The translations under genes were made by a program, and so were the position numbers. A model generated the notes under the pieces. That model made no database searches. It had not been told where the DNA came from and saw nothing but the letters and a program-made list of their open reading frames with translations. Source: Arenimonas sp. (lineage in GTDB: Bacteria; Pseudomonadota; Gammaproteobacteria; Xanthomonadales; Xanthomonadaceae). Taken from it: a DNA stretch of 64,000 bases. This document shows positions 38,606 through 47,860 of this stretch, piece by piece. The stretch covers positions 9,774 through 73,773 of the forward strand of contig NZ_JALHQI010000001.1 in assembly GCF_022842045.1 (NCBI RefSeq), in the 5' to 3' direction. Position 1 is the stretch's first letter, and every line of letters starts with the position of its first letter.

Positions 38606-41600
38606 ATGCTAAATCGCCTGGTCGAACTTTCGCTGCGCTACAAGTTCCTGGTCCTGATCATCTTCGCCGTCGTGGCCTTCCTGGGCCTGCGAGCGGTTCG
38701 CGACGTCCCCATCGATGCCTTCCCGGACGTCACCCCGGCACAGGTGAACATCTATACCGAGTCCCCGGGCCTGGCGGCCGAAGACGTCGAGCTGCTGTTG
38801 ACCACCCCGGTCGAGTCCGCGCTGGCGGGCTTGCCCAAGGTGCAGGAAATCCGCTCGGTGAGCCTGTTTGGTCTTTCCTATGTGTCCGTGTATTTCGAGG
38901 ACGACATGGAGATCTACTTCGCCCGCCAGCTGGTCAATGAACGCCTGCAGGAAATCGGCGACCGCCTGCCTGAGGGTTACGGCAAGCCCAGCATGGGTCC
39001 CAACAGCTCGGGCCTAGGCCAGGTGTTCTGGTACACGGTCGAGCGCGCTCCGGGCGTGAGCAAGGACCAGGTCACCGACATGGACCTGCGTACCTGGCAG
39101 GAGTGGACGGTGCGCTTGATCCTGCGCACAGCACCGGGCGTGGACGACGTCAGCTCCTGGGGCGGCGGCGAGCGCGAATACCAGGTCCGGATTGATCCGC
39201 AGCGGCTATATGCCCGGGGTCTGGGCTTTGGCGACGTGATTGCGGCCCTGCCGGCCAATAATGGCCAGGTCGGCGGCAACGTGATGGACGTGGGTCGCGA
39301 ACAGTACCTGGTGCGCGGCCTGGGCTTGCTGTCCTCGACCGAGGACATCGGCGCGATCGTGCTCAAGGCCGAGGATGGCGTGCCGGTTTACCTGCGCGAC
39401 GTCGCCCGGATCATCGAGTCGCCGGCGCCGCGCTTTGGCGCGGTGACCCGCGATGGCGAAGAGGTGGTGCTCGGCATGGCGTTGGCCCGCATCGGCGAGA
39501 ACGCCAAGGATGTGGTGGAGGCGGTCAAGGCCAAGCTGGCCACGGTCCAGGACGCCCTGCCCGAGGGCATGGTCGTGCGCCCGATCTACGAGCGTACCGA
39601 CCTGGTCAACAAGGCAGTGGGGACCGCGACCCGTGCCCTGATCGAGGGCTCGATCCTGGTGGCGATCGTGCTGTTCCTGTTCCTGGGCGAGCTGCGCTCG
39701 GCCTTGGTGGTGATCGTGACCCTGCCGCTGGCGATGCTGATGGCCTTCATTGGCATGGGTCAGTTCGGCTTGTCGGCCAACCTGATGTCCCTGGCCGGCC
39801 TGGCCATAGGCATCGGCATGATGGTGGACGGCGCCGTGGTGATGGTGGAGAACGCCTACCGCATCATGGCCGAGCGACATACCCACGGCGAAAAGGTCGA
39901 CCGGACCTCGGCGGTGCTGGCGGCGGCCAAGGAAGTGGCCAATCCCATCTCGTTTGCGATCCTGATCATCATCGTGGTGTTCCTGCCGCTGTTCAGCCTC
40001 GAGGGCCTGGAGGGCAAGCTGTTCAAGCCCATGGCCTTCACCATCGCGTTCGCGATGGCGGGCTCGATGCTGCTGAGCCTGACGCTGATCCCGGTCCTGG
40101 CGGCCATGATCCTCAAGCCCAAGGAAGAGAAGGACACCCGCCTGGTGGCCTTCCTCAAGCGTCGCTACCGCCCGCTGCTGGAACGGGCCCTGTCCGCCAA
40201 ACGCGCCGTGGTGATCACGGCTTCCGTGGCGCTGGTGCTGGCCTTGGGCCTGTTCCCGTTCCTGGGCAAGGAGTTCATGCCCCAGTTGCAGGAGGGTTCG
40301 ATCATGTGGCGGGTGACGGGCATCCCGTCGACGTCCCTGGATGAGTCGATCCGCACCAGCAATGTCATTGCCGAGGCCTTCAAGAAGTTCCCGGAAGTGG
40401 AGACGACGCTCGCCATGATCGGCCGCGCCGAAAAGGGCGAGACCGCCGACGTCAACTACATGGAGATCTACACGGCGCTGACCCCCGAGGAGGACTGGAC
40501 CACCGGCCGCTCGATCAAGGAACTCGAGGAAGCCATGCAGGAGACGCTGGAGGAGGTCGTGCCCAACGTGGTGCCAGGCTACACCCAGCCGATCCAGATG
40601 CGCGTCGAAGAGCTGATCTCCGGCGTGCGCGCGACCCTCGCGCTCAAGCTCTACGGCGAGGATCTGGGCGAACTTGATCGCATCAGTAGTCAGCTAAAGC
40701 CGGTTCTTGCCGGTATCGACGGCGTGGCGGACCTGTCGCTGGAAGCGAATGTCGGCAAACCGCAGATCCGCATCGAGGTGGATCGGGCCGAGCTGGCCCG
40801 GCACGGCATGAACGCCGAGGAGGTCCTGACCATCGTGCGCAATGGCCTGGGCGGTGAGCCGGTCAGCGTCCTGCTGGACGGGGTGCGGCGGTTCGACATC
40901 TCCGTGCGCCTTGATGACGGAACGCGCAGCTCGGTCGAAGCGCTGCGACGGATCCCGCTCAAGGCCGCGTCGGGAGCGCTGGTGCCGCTTTCCGAGGTTG
41001 CGACGGTATCCGTCGCCGAGGGCTATTCGTTCATCCGTCGCGAGCAGCTGCAGCGCTATGCCGTGATCCAGATGGATGTACGGGGCCGGGACGTCGATGG
41101 CTTCGTGGCCGATGCGACGGCCGCGATCAAGTCGCAGGTGGACCTGCCGCCCGGCTACTGGATCGAGTGGGGCGGTGCGTTCGAGAACCAGCAGCGGGCC
41201 TTGGCCAAGCTGAGCCTGATCGTGCCGATCACGATCTTCTTCATCTTCGTGCTGCTGTACACCGCGTTCAACTCGATCAAGTTCGCGGCCCTGATCCTGG
41301 CCAACGTGCCCTTCGCGACCATCGGCGGCCTGCTGGCCTTGTTCCTGACCGGCCAGTACCTGTCGGTGCCCTCGGCCATCGGGTTCATCGCGGTGTTCGG
41401 CGTAGCCATGCTCAACGGCATCGTGCTCGTGAGTTTCCTGAACGAGCAGCGCGAACGTGGGCTCTCGGTGCGTGAGGCGGTGCTGCAAGGCACGGCCCTG
41501 CGGCTGCGCCCGGTGCTGATGACCGCAAGCGTAGCGATCCTGGGCCTGGTGCCGATGCTGATCTCCAGTGGCGTCGGCGCCGAGACGCAGCGCCCGTTGG

Positions 41601-41719
41601 CCACCGTCGTGGTGGGCGGCCTGCTCAGCGCCACCCTGCTGACCCTGTTCCTGCTGCCCGTGCTCTACGAGTGGCTGGAAACCCGCGCCGAACGCAAGAA
41701 CCCGGAGGCCACGCCATGA
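38606..41719 (+). CDS. czcA: CzcA-family heavy-metal RND transporter (divalent type)
   Basis: IDAFPDVTPAQV, GMMVDGAVVMVEN, LRLRPVLMTA. Confidence 0.92.
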   Translation: MLNRLVELSLRYKFLVLIIFAVVAFLGLRAVRDVPIDAFPDVTPAQVNIYTESPGLAAEDVELLLTTPVESALAGLPKVQEIRSVSLFGLSYVSVYFEDDMEIYFARQLVNERLQEIGDRLPEGYGKPSMGPNSSGLGQVFWYTVERAPGVSKDQVTDMDLRTWQEWTVRLILRTAPGVDDVSSWGGGEREYQVRIDPQRLYARGLGFGDVIAALPANNGQVGGNVMDVGREQYLVRGLGLLSSTEDIGAIVLKAEDGVPVYLRDVARIIESPAPRFGAVTRDGEEVVLGMALARIGENAKDVVEAVKAKLATVQDALPEGMVVRPIYERTDLVNKAVGTATRALIEGSILVAIVLFLFLGELRSALVVIVTLPLAMLMAFIGMGQFGLSANLMSLAGLAIGIGMMVDGAVVMVENAYRIMAERHTHGEKVDRTSAVLAAAKEVANPISFAILIIIVVFLPLFSLEGLEGKLFKPMAFTIAFAMAGSMLLSLTLIPVLAAMILKPKEEKDTRLVAFLKRRYRPLLERALSAKRAVVITASVALVLALGLFPFLGKEFMPQLQEGSIMWRVTGIPSTSLDESIRTSNVIAEAFKKFPEVETTLAMIGRAEKGETADVNYMEIYTALTPEEDWTTGRSIKELEEAMQETLEEVVPNVVPGYTQPIQMRVEELISGVRATLALKLYGEDLGELDRISSQLKPVLAGIDGVADLSLEANVGKPQIRIEVDRAELARHGMNAEEVLTIVRNGLGGEPVSVLLDGVRRFDISVRLDDGTRSSVEALRRIPLKAASGALVPLSEVATVSVAEGYSFIRREQLQRYAVIQMDVRGRDVDGFVADATAAIKSQVDLPPGYWIEWGGAFENQQRALAKLSLIVPITIFFIFVLLYTAFNSIKFAALILANVPFATIGGLLALFLTGQYLSVPSAIGFIAVFGVAMLNGIVLVSFLNEQRERGLSVREAVLQGTALRLRPVLMTASVAILGLVPMLISSGVGAETQRPLATVVVGGLLSATLLTLFLLPVLYEWLETRAERKNPEATP

Positions 41720-42045
41720 AGCGCATCACTGCCCTGCTGCACGCCCATCGGATGAGCGACATCGTGCACGCCCTGGAAGCCGCCGGTGAGCGGCGGCTGA
41801 GCGTGGTCCAGGCCCGGGGCCTGCTGCGGGCGTCGAGCGCCCGCGAGCAGGACTATTCGGTGGAGCTGGGCGAACGGGTCACCCAGGAGATCCAACTTGA
41901 CGTGTTTTGTGAGGACGAGCGGGTCGACGCCATCATCGCGTTGATTCGGCAACACGGCCGGACCGGACAGGTCAATGCGGGGTGGATCTTCACCAGTCCC
42001 ATCGAGGATGTGCTGCTGATCGACCGGGCGGATGTGCCGGGCTAG
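41716..42045 (+). CDS. P-II-like protein linked to metal efflux
   Basis: MKRITALL...DIVHAL, LDVFC.DE.VDAIIALI...GRTG...GWIF; ATGA overlap with czcA. Confidence 0.75.
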   Translation: MKRITALLHAHRMSDIVHALEAAGERRLSVVQARGLLRASSAREQDYSVELGERVTQEIQLDVFCEDERVDAIIALIRQHGRTGQVNAGWIFTSPIEDVLLIDRADVPG

Positions 42046-42121
42046 AACAGCGCACTGAAGGCAACGTGGCAGGCGCGCTCCGACGGAGCGCGCCTGCAGA
42101 CTCCCCATTGAGGAATGCCCC

Positions 42122-44119
42122 ATGAGTGACACGACGTCGTCCCCGGCCGCTGGCGCCGGGCACAGCCACGACCACGGCGGCGGGGGCCTTTGGGCCGGCC
42201 GCGCCGAGATCCTTTTCTCTCTGGCCTCCGGCGCCTTCCTGCTGGCCGGCTGGGCTTGGGGTCGGACACAGGGCGATGGCGCCACCGGCCCGTGGCTACT
42301 GCTCCTGCTGGCCTATGCCGCAGGCGGATTCTTCACGGTGCGCGAAGCGATTGAGAACCTGCGGCACCGCGAGCTGAAGATCGATTCCCTGATGATCGTG
42401 GCGGCCGCCGGCGCGGCGGTCTTGGGCCAATGGGCCGAGGGCGCGCTGCTGTTGTTCCTCTTCAGCCTCGGCCATGCGCTTGAGAACTACGCCATGGGCC
42501 GGGCCCGGCGCGCCATCGAGGCCTTGGCCGAGCTGCGGCCGGAAACGGCGCTCGTGCGCCGCGGCGAGGAACTGGTCTCGGTGTCCGTAGACAGCCTGGT
42601 CATCGGCGACGTCGTCGTGGTCAAACCCGATGAGCGGGTCGCTGCGGACGGGTTCGTAGTGCTCGGCGAGAGCAGCATCGACCAGGCCGCCATCACCGGC
42701 GAAAGCGTGCCGGTGGACAAGCGGCCGGTGGTGGACGTGGCCGAGGCACGGCAACGTCCCGACGCGGTCGGCGCCGAGCATCGCGTCTTCGCCGGCACGA
42801 TCAACCAAGGCAAGGTCCTCGAGATCGAAGTGACCCGCCTTGCCAGCCAGAGCACCCTGGCGCGGGTCGTCGAACTGGTGCGGTCGGCGGAGAACCAGAA
42901 ATCACCGACGCAGCTGTTCACGGATCGGTTCCAAAAGATCTTTGTTCCGGCGGCACTGGGGCTGGTGGGACTGCTGCTGTTCGCAGGGCTGGTAGTGGAT
43001 GAACCGTTCAGCGCCACCTTCTACCGCGCCATGGCGGTGCTGGTGGCGGCCAGTCCTTGTGCCCTGGCGATTTCCACACCCAGCGCGGTCCTGAGCGGCG
43101 TGGCCCGTGCGGCGCGGGGCGGCGTGTTGATCAAGGGCGGCGGCCCGCTGGAGCGGCTGGGGGTCCTGCACGCGCTGGCGTTCGACAAGACCGGCACGCT
43201 GACCGAGGGCCGACCGCAGGTTACGGACGTTGTTCCGGCCGAGGGTGTGACGACGCCCGAGCTGTTGAGCGTCGCCATTGCCGTGGAGCGCCTGAGTGAC
43301 CATCCCTTGGCCGCCGCGGTGGTGCGCGATGGCCTGGTCCGCCTGGGCGCGCACGCTGTCCCGGTGGCGACGGATCTCGAGAGCCTTACGGGTCGCGGCC
43401 TGAAGGCGACCGTGGCCGGCGAGACCGTATACCTGGGCAAGAAGAGCCTGTTTGATGAGGTCGGCGGTGCAGCGGTACCCGCCACCCTCAAGACCCGGGT
43501 GCTGGACATGGAGCATCAAGGCCGGACCGTGTTCGTCGTACGCCAAGGAGACTGTTACCTGGGCGCCGTTGGCTTGATGGACACGCCGCGGGAAGCCGCC
43601 AAGGCGGTAATGGGCCGACTGCGCGAACTCGGCATGACCCGGCTGGTGATGCTCTCTGGCGACAATCAACGCGTCGCCGATGCCGTGGCTGCCAGCGTCG
43701 GCATCGACCGCGCCTATGGCGACCTGATGCCCGAAGACAAGGTCAAGGCCATCAAGGCGCTGCGTGCCGAAGGTGAGGTCGCCATGGTGGGGGATGGCGT
43801 CAATGACGCACCCGCCCTGGCCAGCGCCTCGGTCGGTATTGCCATGGGGGCCGCGGGCTCGGACGTCGCGCTCGAGACGGCGGACGTCGCCCTGATGGGC
43901 GACAAGCTCGAGCACTTGCCGTTCGTCGTGGGGCTGAGCCGGCAGACCCGGCGCATCATCCGCCAGAACTTGTGGGCAAGCCTCGGCATGGTGGCGATCC
44001 TGATTCCGGCGACGATACTGGGCATGCGCATGGGCGTGGCAGTACTGTTCCATGAGGGCTCGACCCTGCTGGTGGTGGCCAACGCCTTGCGCCTGCTCGC
44101 GTACCGGGACCGGACCTGA
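42122..44119 (+). CDS. P1B-4-type heavy-metal ATPase (Co/Zn/Cd/Fe class)
   Basis: SPC motif (AASPCALAIS), DKTGT, HEGST in the last helix; no N-terminal CxxC domain. Confidence 0.9.
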   Translation: MSDTTSSPAAGAGHSHDHGGGGLWAGRAEILFSLASGAFLLAGWAWGRTQGDGATGPWLLLLLAYAAGGFFTVREAIENLRHRELKIDSLMIVAAAGAAVLGQWAEGALLLFLFSLGHALENYAMGRARRAIEALAELRPETALVRRGEELVSVSVDSLVIGDVVVVKPDERVAADGFVVLGESSIDQAAITGESVPVDKRPVVDVAEARQRPDAVGAEHRVFAGTINQGKVLEIEVTRLASQSTLARVVELVRSAENQKSPTQLFTDRFQKIFVPAALGLVGLLLFAGLVVDEPFSATFYRAMAVLVAASPCALAISTPSAVLSGVARAARGGVLIKGGGPLERLGVLHALAFDKTGTLTEGRPQVTDVVPAEGVTTPELLSVAIAVERLSDHPLAAAVVRDGLVRLGAHAVPVATDLESLTGRGLKATVAGETVYLGKKSLFDEVGGAAVPATLKTRVLDMEHQGRTVFVVRQGDCYLGAVGLMDTPREAAKAVMGRLRELGMTRLVMLSGDNQRVADAVAASVGIDRAYGDLMPEDKVKAIKALRAEGEVAMVGDGVNDAPALASASVGIAMGAAGSDVALETADVALMGDKLEHLPFVVGLSRQTRRIIRQNLWASLGMVAILIPATILGMRMGVAVLFHEGSTLLVVANALRLLAYRDRT

Positions 44120-44170
44120 CGTCGGACCATGGGGCTTGGTGCGACCTGGACCCACGGCCATACTCTCGCG

Positions 44171-45139
44171 ATGCTTTTTCCTGTCCGTCGCGTTCTGGAA
44201 CACCGCCAGGTCCCGATCTATCTGGGAGCGGTCTTGCTGGCCGTGACAGTGGCGGTCAGCATTTCCGGAACGCAACGGTTCCAGGGGGCGATCACGCCGG
44301 CGCTGGCGCTGATGCTCTACGTCACGTTCCTGCAGGTGCCGCTTGCGAAGATCGGCCAGCCCTTGAGGGACGGTCGCTTCCTGGGGGCGCTGCTGACCGC
44401 CAACTTCGTGGCCGTACCGCTGCTGGTCGCCGGCCTGATGCTCCTGGCTCCGGCCGACCCGCTGGTGCGATTGGGCCTGCTGCTCGTGCTGTTGACGCCG
44501 TGTATCGACTACGTGGTCACCTTCTCGCATATGGGGCGCGCCAACGCGCAGGGATTGCTGGCCGCGACGCCGCTCTTGCTGGTCCTGCAGATGTTGCTGC
44601 TGCCCGTTTACCTGCGCTTGTTGATGGGTGAGGCGGCTGCGAATTTGGTGGCGCCCGGGCCATTCCTGCATGCGTTCCTGTGGCTCATCGCCGTGCCGCT
44701 GCTGTTGGCCAGCCTCACTCAGTGGTGGGCCGCGTCCACGCCCAGCATCGCTCGGGTCGCTTGCTGGTTGGCGGTGTTGCCGGTACCCGCCACGGCCATC
44801 GTTCTGTTCGTGGTGGTGGCCGCTGTTGTTCCTCAACTGGGGGAGGCGGGCGCGGCCGTTTGGCACATCGCGCCCCTGTACGTCGCGTTCGCGGTGGCGG
44901 CGCCCATGCTGGGGTGGGCCATTGCCACGCTGTTTCGTCTCCAGGCAGCCTCGGGCCGGGCGGTGGCATTCAGTGCCGGCACGCGCAACTCCCTGGTCGT
45001 CTTGCCGCTCGGGTTGGCGATCCCGCACGCCATGCCGATGTTGCCCGCCGTGATCGTTCTGCAGACGCTGATCGAGCTGTTGGCGGAGTTGGTTTATGTG
45101 CGCTGGATCGCCCGTTGGGGCGACCGTGAAGCGGGGTAA
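44171..45139 (+). CDS. Acr3/BASS-family membrane transporter
   Basis: About 10 TM segments, LLTPCIDY, GTRNSLVVLPL, QTLIEL. Confidence 0.75.
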   Translation: MLFPVRRVLEHRQVPIYLGAVLLAVTVAVSISGTQRFQGAITPALALMLYVTFLQVPLAKIGQPLRDGRFLGALLTANFVAVPLLVAGLMLLAPADPLVRLGLLLVLLTPCIDYVVTFSHMGRANAQGLLAATPLLLVLQMLLLPVYLRLLMGEAAANLVAPGPFLHAFLWLIAVPLLLASLTQWWAASTPSIARVACWLAVLPVPATAIVLFVVVAAVVPQLGEAGAAVWHIAPLYVAFAVAAPMLGWAIATLFRLQAASGRAVAFSAGTRNSLVVLPLGLAIPHAMPMLPAVIVLQTLIELLAELVYVRWIARWGDREAG

Positions 45140-45521
45140 TGGGTCTGCCGCGCGGTTCCGTCGCGGTACCGGACTGGCGAACTTAACGTCAAGGTGTTTG
45201 AATCGCCCCGCCCTTTCGGCGGCCCAGATGTCTGCGATTAGGGTGCTAGCCCAGGCATTGCCCAGCCCTGGCGGGAGTCAGGGTTGCGCAGCGGCGCCTG
45301 GCGGCGTGCGACGCGGCGTCCGGTAGACCGACCCTGTCGCCATCTGCCGGGCGAGCGGTCGTCTCCGGGATCAGGGGGTAGCTGCCCCGGTCGTATCCGG
45401 GTTCCGGCCCGTCGATCCTCGTCGCGTGGGGAACTTTTCGGCTCGGACGGGAGTCTAGGGAGCATCCTCCCCCATCCGCGGGGTGTATCCCGTCACTTTT
45501 TTCTGGGTGTAGACTCTGGCC

Positions 45522-45920
45522 ATGTCCCTGCTTCGCACCGTCGGCCACCTGCTGCTCGCCTTGGCGTTGATCGCCAACGCCGGGCTGCCGTCGGTCGCGT
45601 CTGCGGCGGATCATGCCGCGCACCAGAGTGCGGGTATAGACCAGGACATGGCATCGGCGGGGCATGCGATGGTGGATGGCGACATGGCGTCGTGCCATGA
45701 CGGGGCCACCGCCGCGCCCGTCGTTCCCAGCCCGGACGTGCCGCTGGACTGCTGTGACGGCGGCACCTGCGCCTGCAGCTGCCTGCATCACGCCCCGGTC
45801 GTCGTGATCAGCGCCGCCCCGTGGGCAGTTTCACCCTATCGCTGGGTGGCCCAACTCGGCCGCCTGGTGTCCGTCCCGGCCGCGCCCTCGGCGCCGGCCA
45901 TTCGACCTCCGATCGCCTAA
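45522..45920 (+). CDS. copL: CopL-like metal-binding leader protein ending RPPIA
   Basis: HLLLALALIAN...CHDG...CCDGGTCACSCLHH...RPPIA, upstream of the cop cluster. Confidence 0.75.
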   Translation: MSLLRTVGHLLLALALIANAGLPSVASAADHAAHQSAGIDQDMASAGHAMVDGDMASCHDGATAAPVVPSPDVPLDCCDGGTCACSCLHHAPVVVISAAPWAVSPYRWVAQLGRLVSVPAAPSAPAIRPPIA

Positions 45921-46018
45921 GCCCTCTCGGCGGACCTTGATCCGCCCCATTCGCTCGACCCGCGTTCCGGGTCGTGTTGCCCGTGGCCTGTCGCCGCGGG
46001 TGCTTTGGAGGGTTTCCC

Positions 46019-47860
46019 ATGACTGTACGTTTCCGCCCGGCCGCCCTGGCCGTGGCCCTGAGCGTGGCCCTGAGTGGCTGTGCATCCCTGGCCCCGCGCC
46101 CCGGTGACACCGACATCAATGCCCTGCTGGCCGAGCGACGCGGCCCGCAGGTCAAGTGGTCCGCCGTAGGTCAACCGCCCCCAGAACGGCAGGCCATCGA
46201 CCAGTGGCTCGGCGCCCCGATGACCGCCGAGGCGGCGGTGCGCGTGGCCATGCTGCGTAGTCCCCGCCTGCAGCAGGAATATGCCCGGCTGGGCCTGGCC
46301 CGGGCCGACGTGCTCGAGGCCGTGCAGGTGGCCAACCCCACCCTGTCGCTTTCACGGTCCTATCTGGACCCGGGTAGCGGCTACAACCGCCTGGCCGGTC
46401 TGACCCTACCCTTGGCCGACCTGCTGGTGTTGCCGGTGCGCACGCGCCTGGCTCATGCCGAGTACGAACGCGCCAAGCTCGAGATCGCCGGGGCCGTGCT
46501 CAATGTGGCCGCCGACGTGGAAGCCGCCTGGTACACCTATGTGGGTGCCCAGCAAGTCGCGGACATGCGCACGGCGGTGGCCGGCGGCGCAGATGCCGCG
46601 GCCGAACTCGCCCAACGATTCTTTGATGCCGGCAACATCAGCGAGTTGCAGCTCAAGCAGGAGCAGGCGGCCGCCAGTGAGGCGCGCATCATCGCCGCCC
46701 GGGCCCGCGCGGACGCCGGCCGCGCCCGCCTGACCCTCAACACCCTGCTGGGCCTCAGTGGCGAGGACGCGGCCTGGGCGACCAGCGATCGCCTGCCTAT
46801 GCCGGTCGGAGCCGAAGACGATCCCCAGCAGTTGGCGGAGCTGGCGCGCACGTCCAGCCTGGAATTGCTCGCGGCCCGCCAGCAGGCCGACATCCTGATG
46901 GATGCGCTCGGCATCACGCGCAAGCTGCGTTGGCTGGGCGGCAGCGAAATCGGCTACGAGCGCGAACGTGACGCCGATGGCACGCGCCTTCGCGGCCCGA
47001 CGCTGGATCTGGAACTACCCATCTTCAACCAGGGCCAAGCCAAACTGGCGCGTGCGGAGGCGTTGCTGGCCGAAGCCCGGGCGCGTGTGGCCCAGGCGGA
47101 ATTGGGCGTCGATAACGCCGTGCGCCTGGGGGCCGAACAAGTCCGCGAACTGAGCCAGGTCGTGGCAATCCACCGCGAGGCCCTGATCCCGCAACGCGAA
47201 AAGGTGGTCGAGCGCAGCCAGCAAGAGCAGAACTTCATGCTCATCGGAGTGTTCGAGCTGATCCAGGCCAAGGTGCAGGAATACAACGCGTATGAGAGCT
47301 ACCTCGAGGCAGTGCGCGACTACTGGCTGGCCCGCGTGGAGCTGATGCGGGCCGTTGGCCAGCGCTTGCCCAGCGACGCCGCCATCGGTGACCGCACCCC
47401 CAGCGTTCAGGACATCCTGACGCCGTCCGCCGAGGAGGCGATGCCGGGCATGGACCACAGCGGCCACGACATGTCGTCGATGCCCGCCACGCCTGCCGGT
47501 GCGATGGAGGACATGGACCACAGCGGTATGGACATGCCAGCGAAACCGGATGCGTCGGCGGCCCCCGCGGCGGCGCCGGCCAGCGCGATGGAGGGTATGG
47601 ACCATAGCGGCATGGACATGCCGGCGAAGCCGGATGCGCCGGCGCCCCCCACGGCTGCGCCCGTCGACGCGATGGAGGGGATGGACCACAGCGGCATGGA
47701 CATGCCACCGACACCGCCGGCGTCTACGCCGGCACCGGTGGATCACTCCAAGCACGGCACGCCGCCCGCGTCCCCCGCACCGCCGACCGAGGACGAGAAA
47801 GAAACCGAGGACGACACCCGCACCCCGCCCGACCACAGCGCCCACGGAGGCACCCCATGA
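46019..47860 (+). CDS. TolC-family lipoprotein with a Met/His-rich repetitive C-terminal tail
   Basis: Lipobox LSGC, ANPTL, LELPIFNQGQ, MLIGVFELI; tail of MDHSG(H/M)DM repeats. Confidence 0.85.
   Translation: MTVRFRPAALAVALSVALSGCASLAPRPGDTDINALLAERRGPQVKWSAVGQPPPERQAIDQWLGAPMTAEAAVRVAMLRSPRLQQEYARLGLARADVLEAVQVANPTLSLSRSYLDPGSGYNRLAGLTLPLADLLVLPVRTRLAHAEYERAKLEIAGAVLNVAADVEAAWYTYVGAQQVADMRTAVAGGADAAAELAQRFFDAGNISELQLKQEQAAASEARIIAARARADAGRARLTLNTLLGLSGEDAAWATSDRLPMPVGAEDDPQQLAELARTSSLELLAARQQADILMDALGITRKLRWLGGSEIGYERERDADGTRLRGPTLDLELPIFNQGQAKLARAEALLAEARARVAQAELGVDNAVRLGAEQVRELSQVVAIHREALIPQREKVVERSQQEQNFMLIGVFELIQAKVQEYNAYESYLEAVRDYWLARVELMRAVGQRLPSDAAIGDRTPSVQDILTPSAEEAMPGMDHSGHDMSSMPATPAGAMEDMDHSGMDMPAKPDASAAPAAAPASAMEGMDHSGMDMPAKPDAPAPPTAAPVDAMEGMDHSGMDMPPTPPASTPAPVDHSKHGTPPASPAPPTEDEKETEDDTRTPPDHSAHGGTP
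47441..47757 (+). repeat. Intragenic repeats encoding M(P/E)(G/D)MDHSG(H/M)DM x4 plus a degenerate VDHSKH
   Basis: Four ATGGACCA(C/T)AGCGG units with Pro/Ala-rich spacers. Confidence 0.85.
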
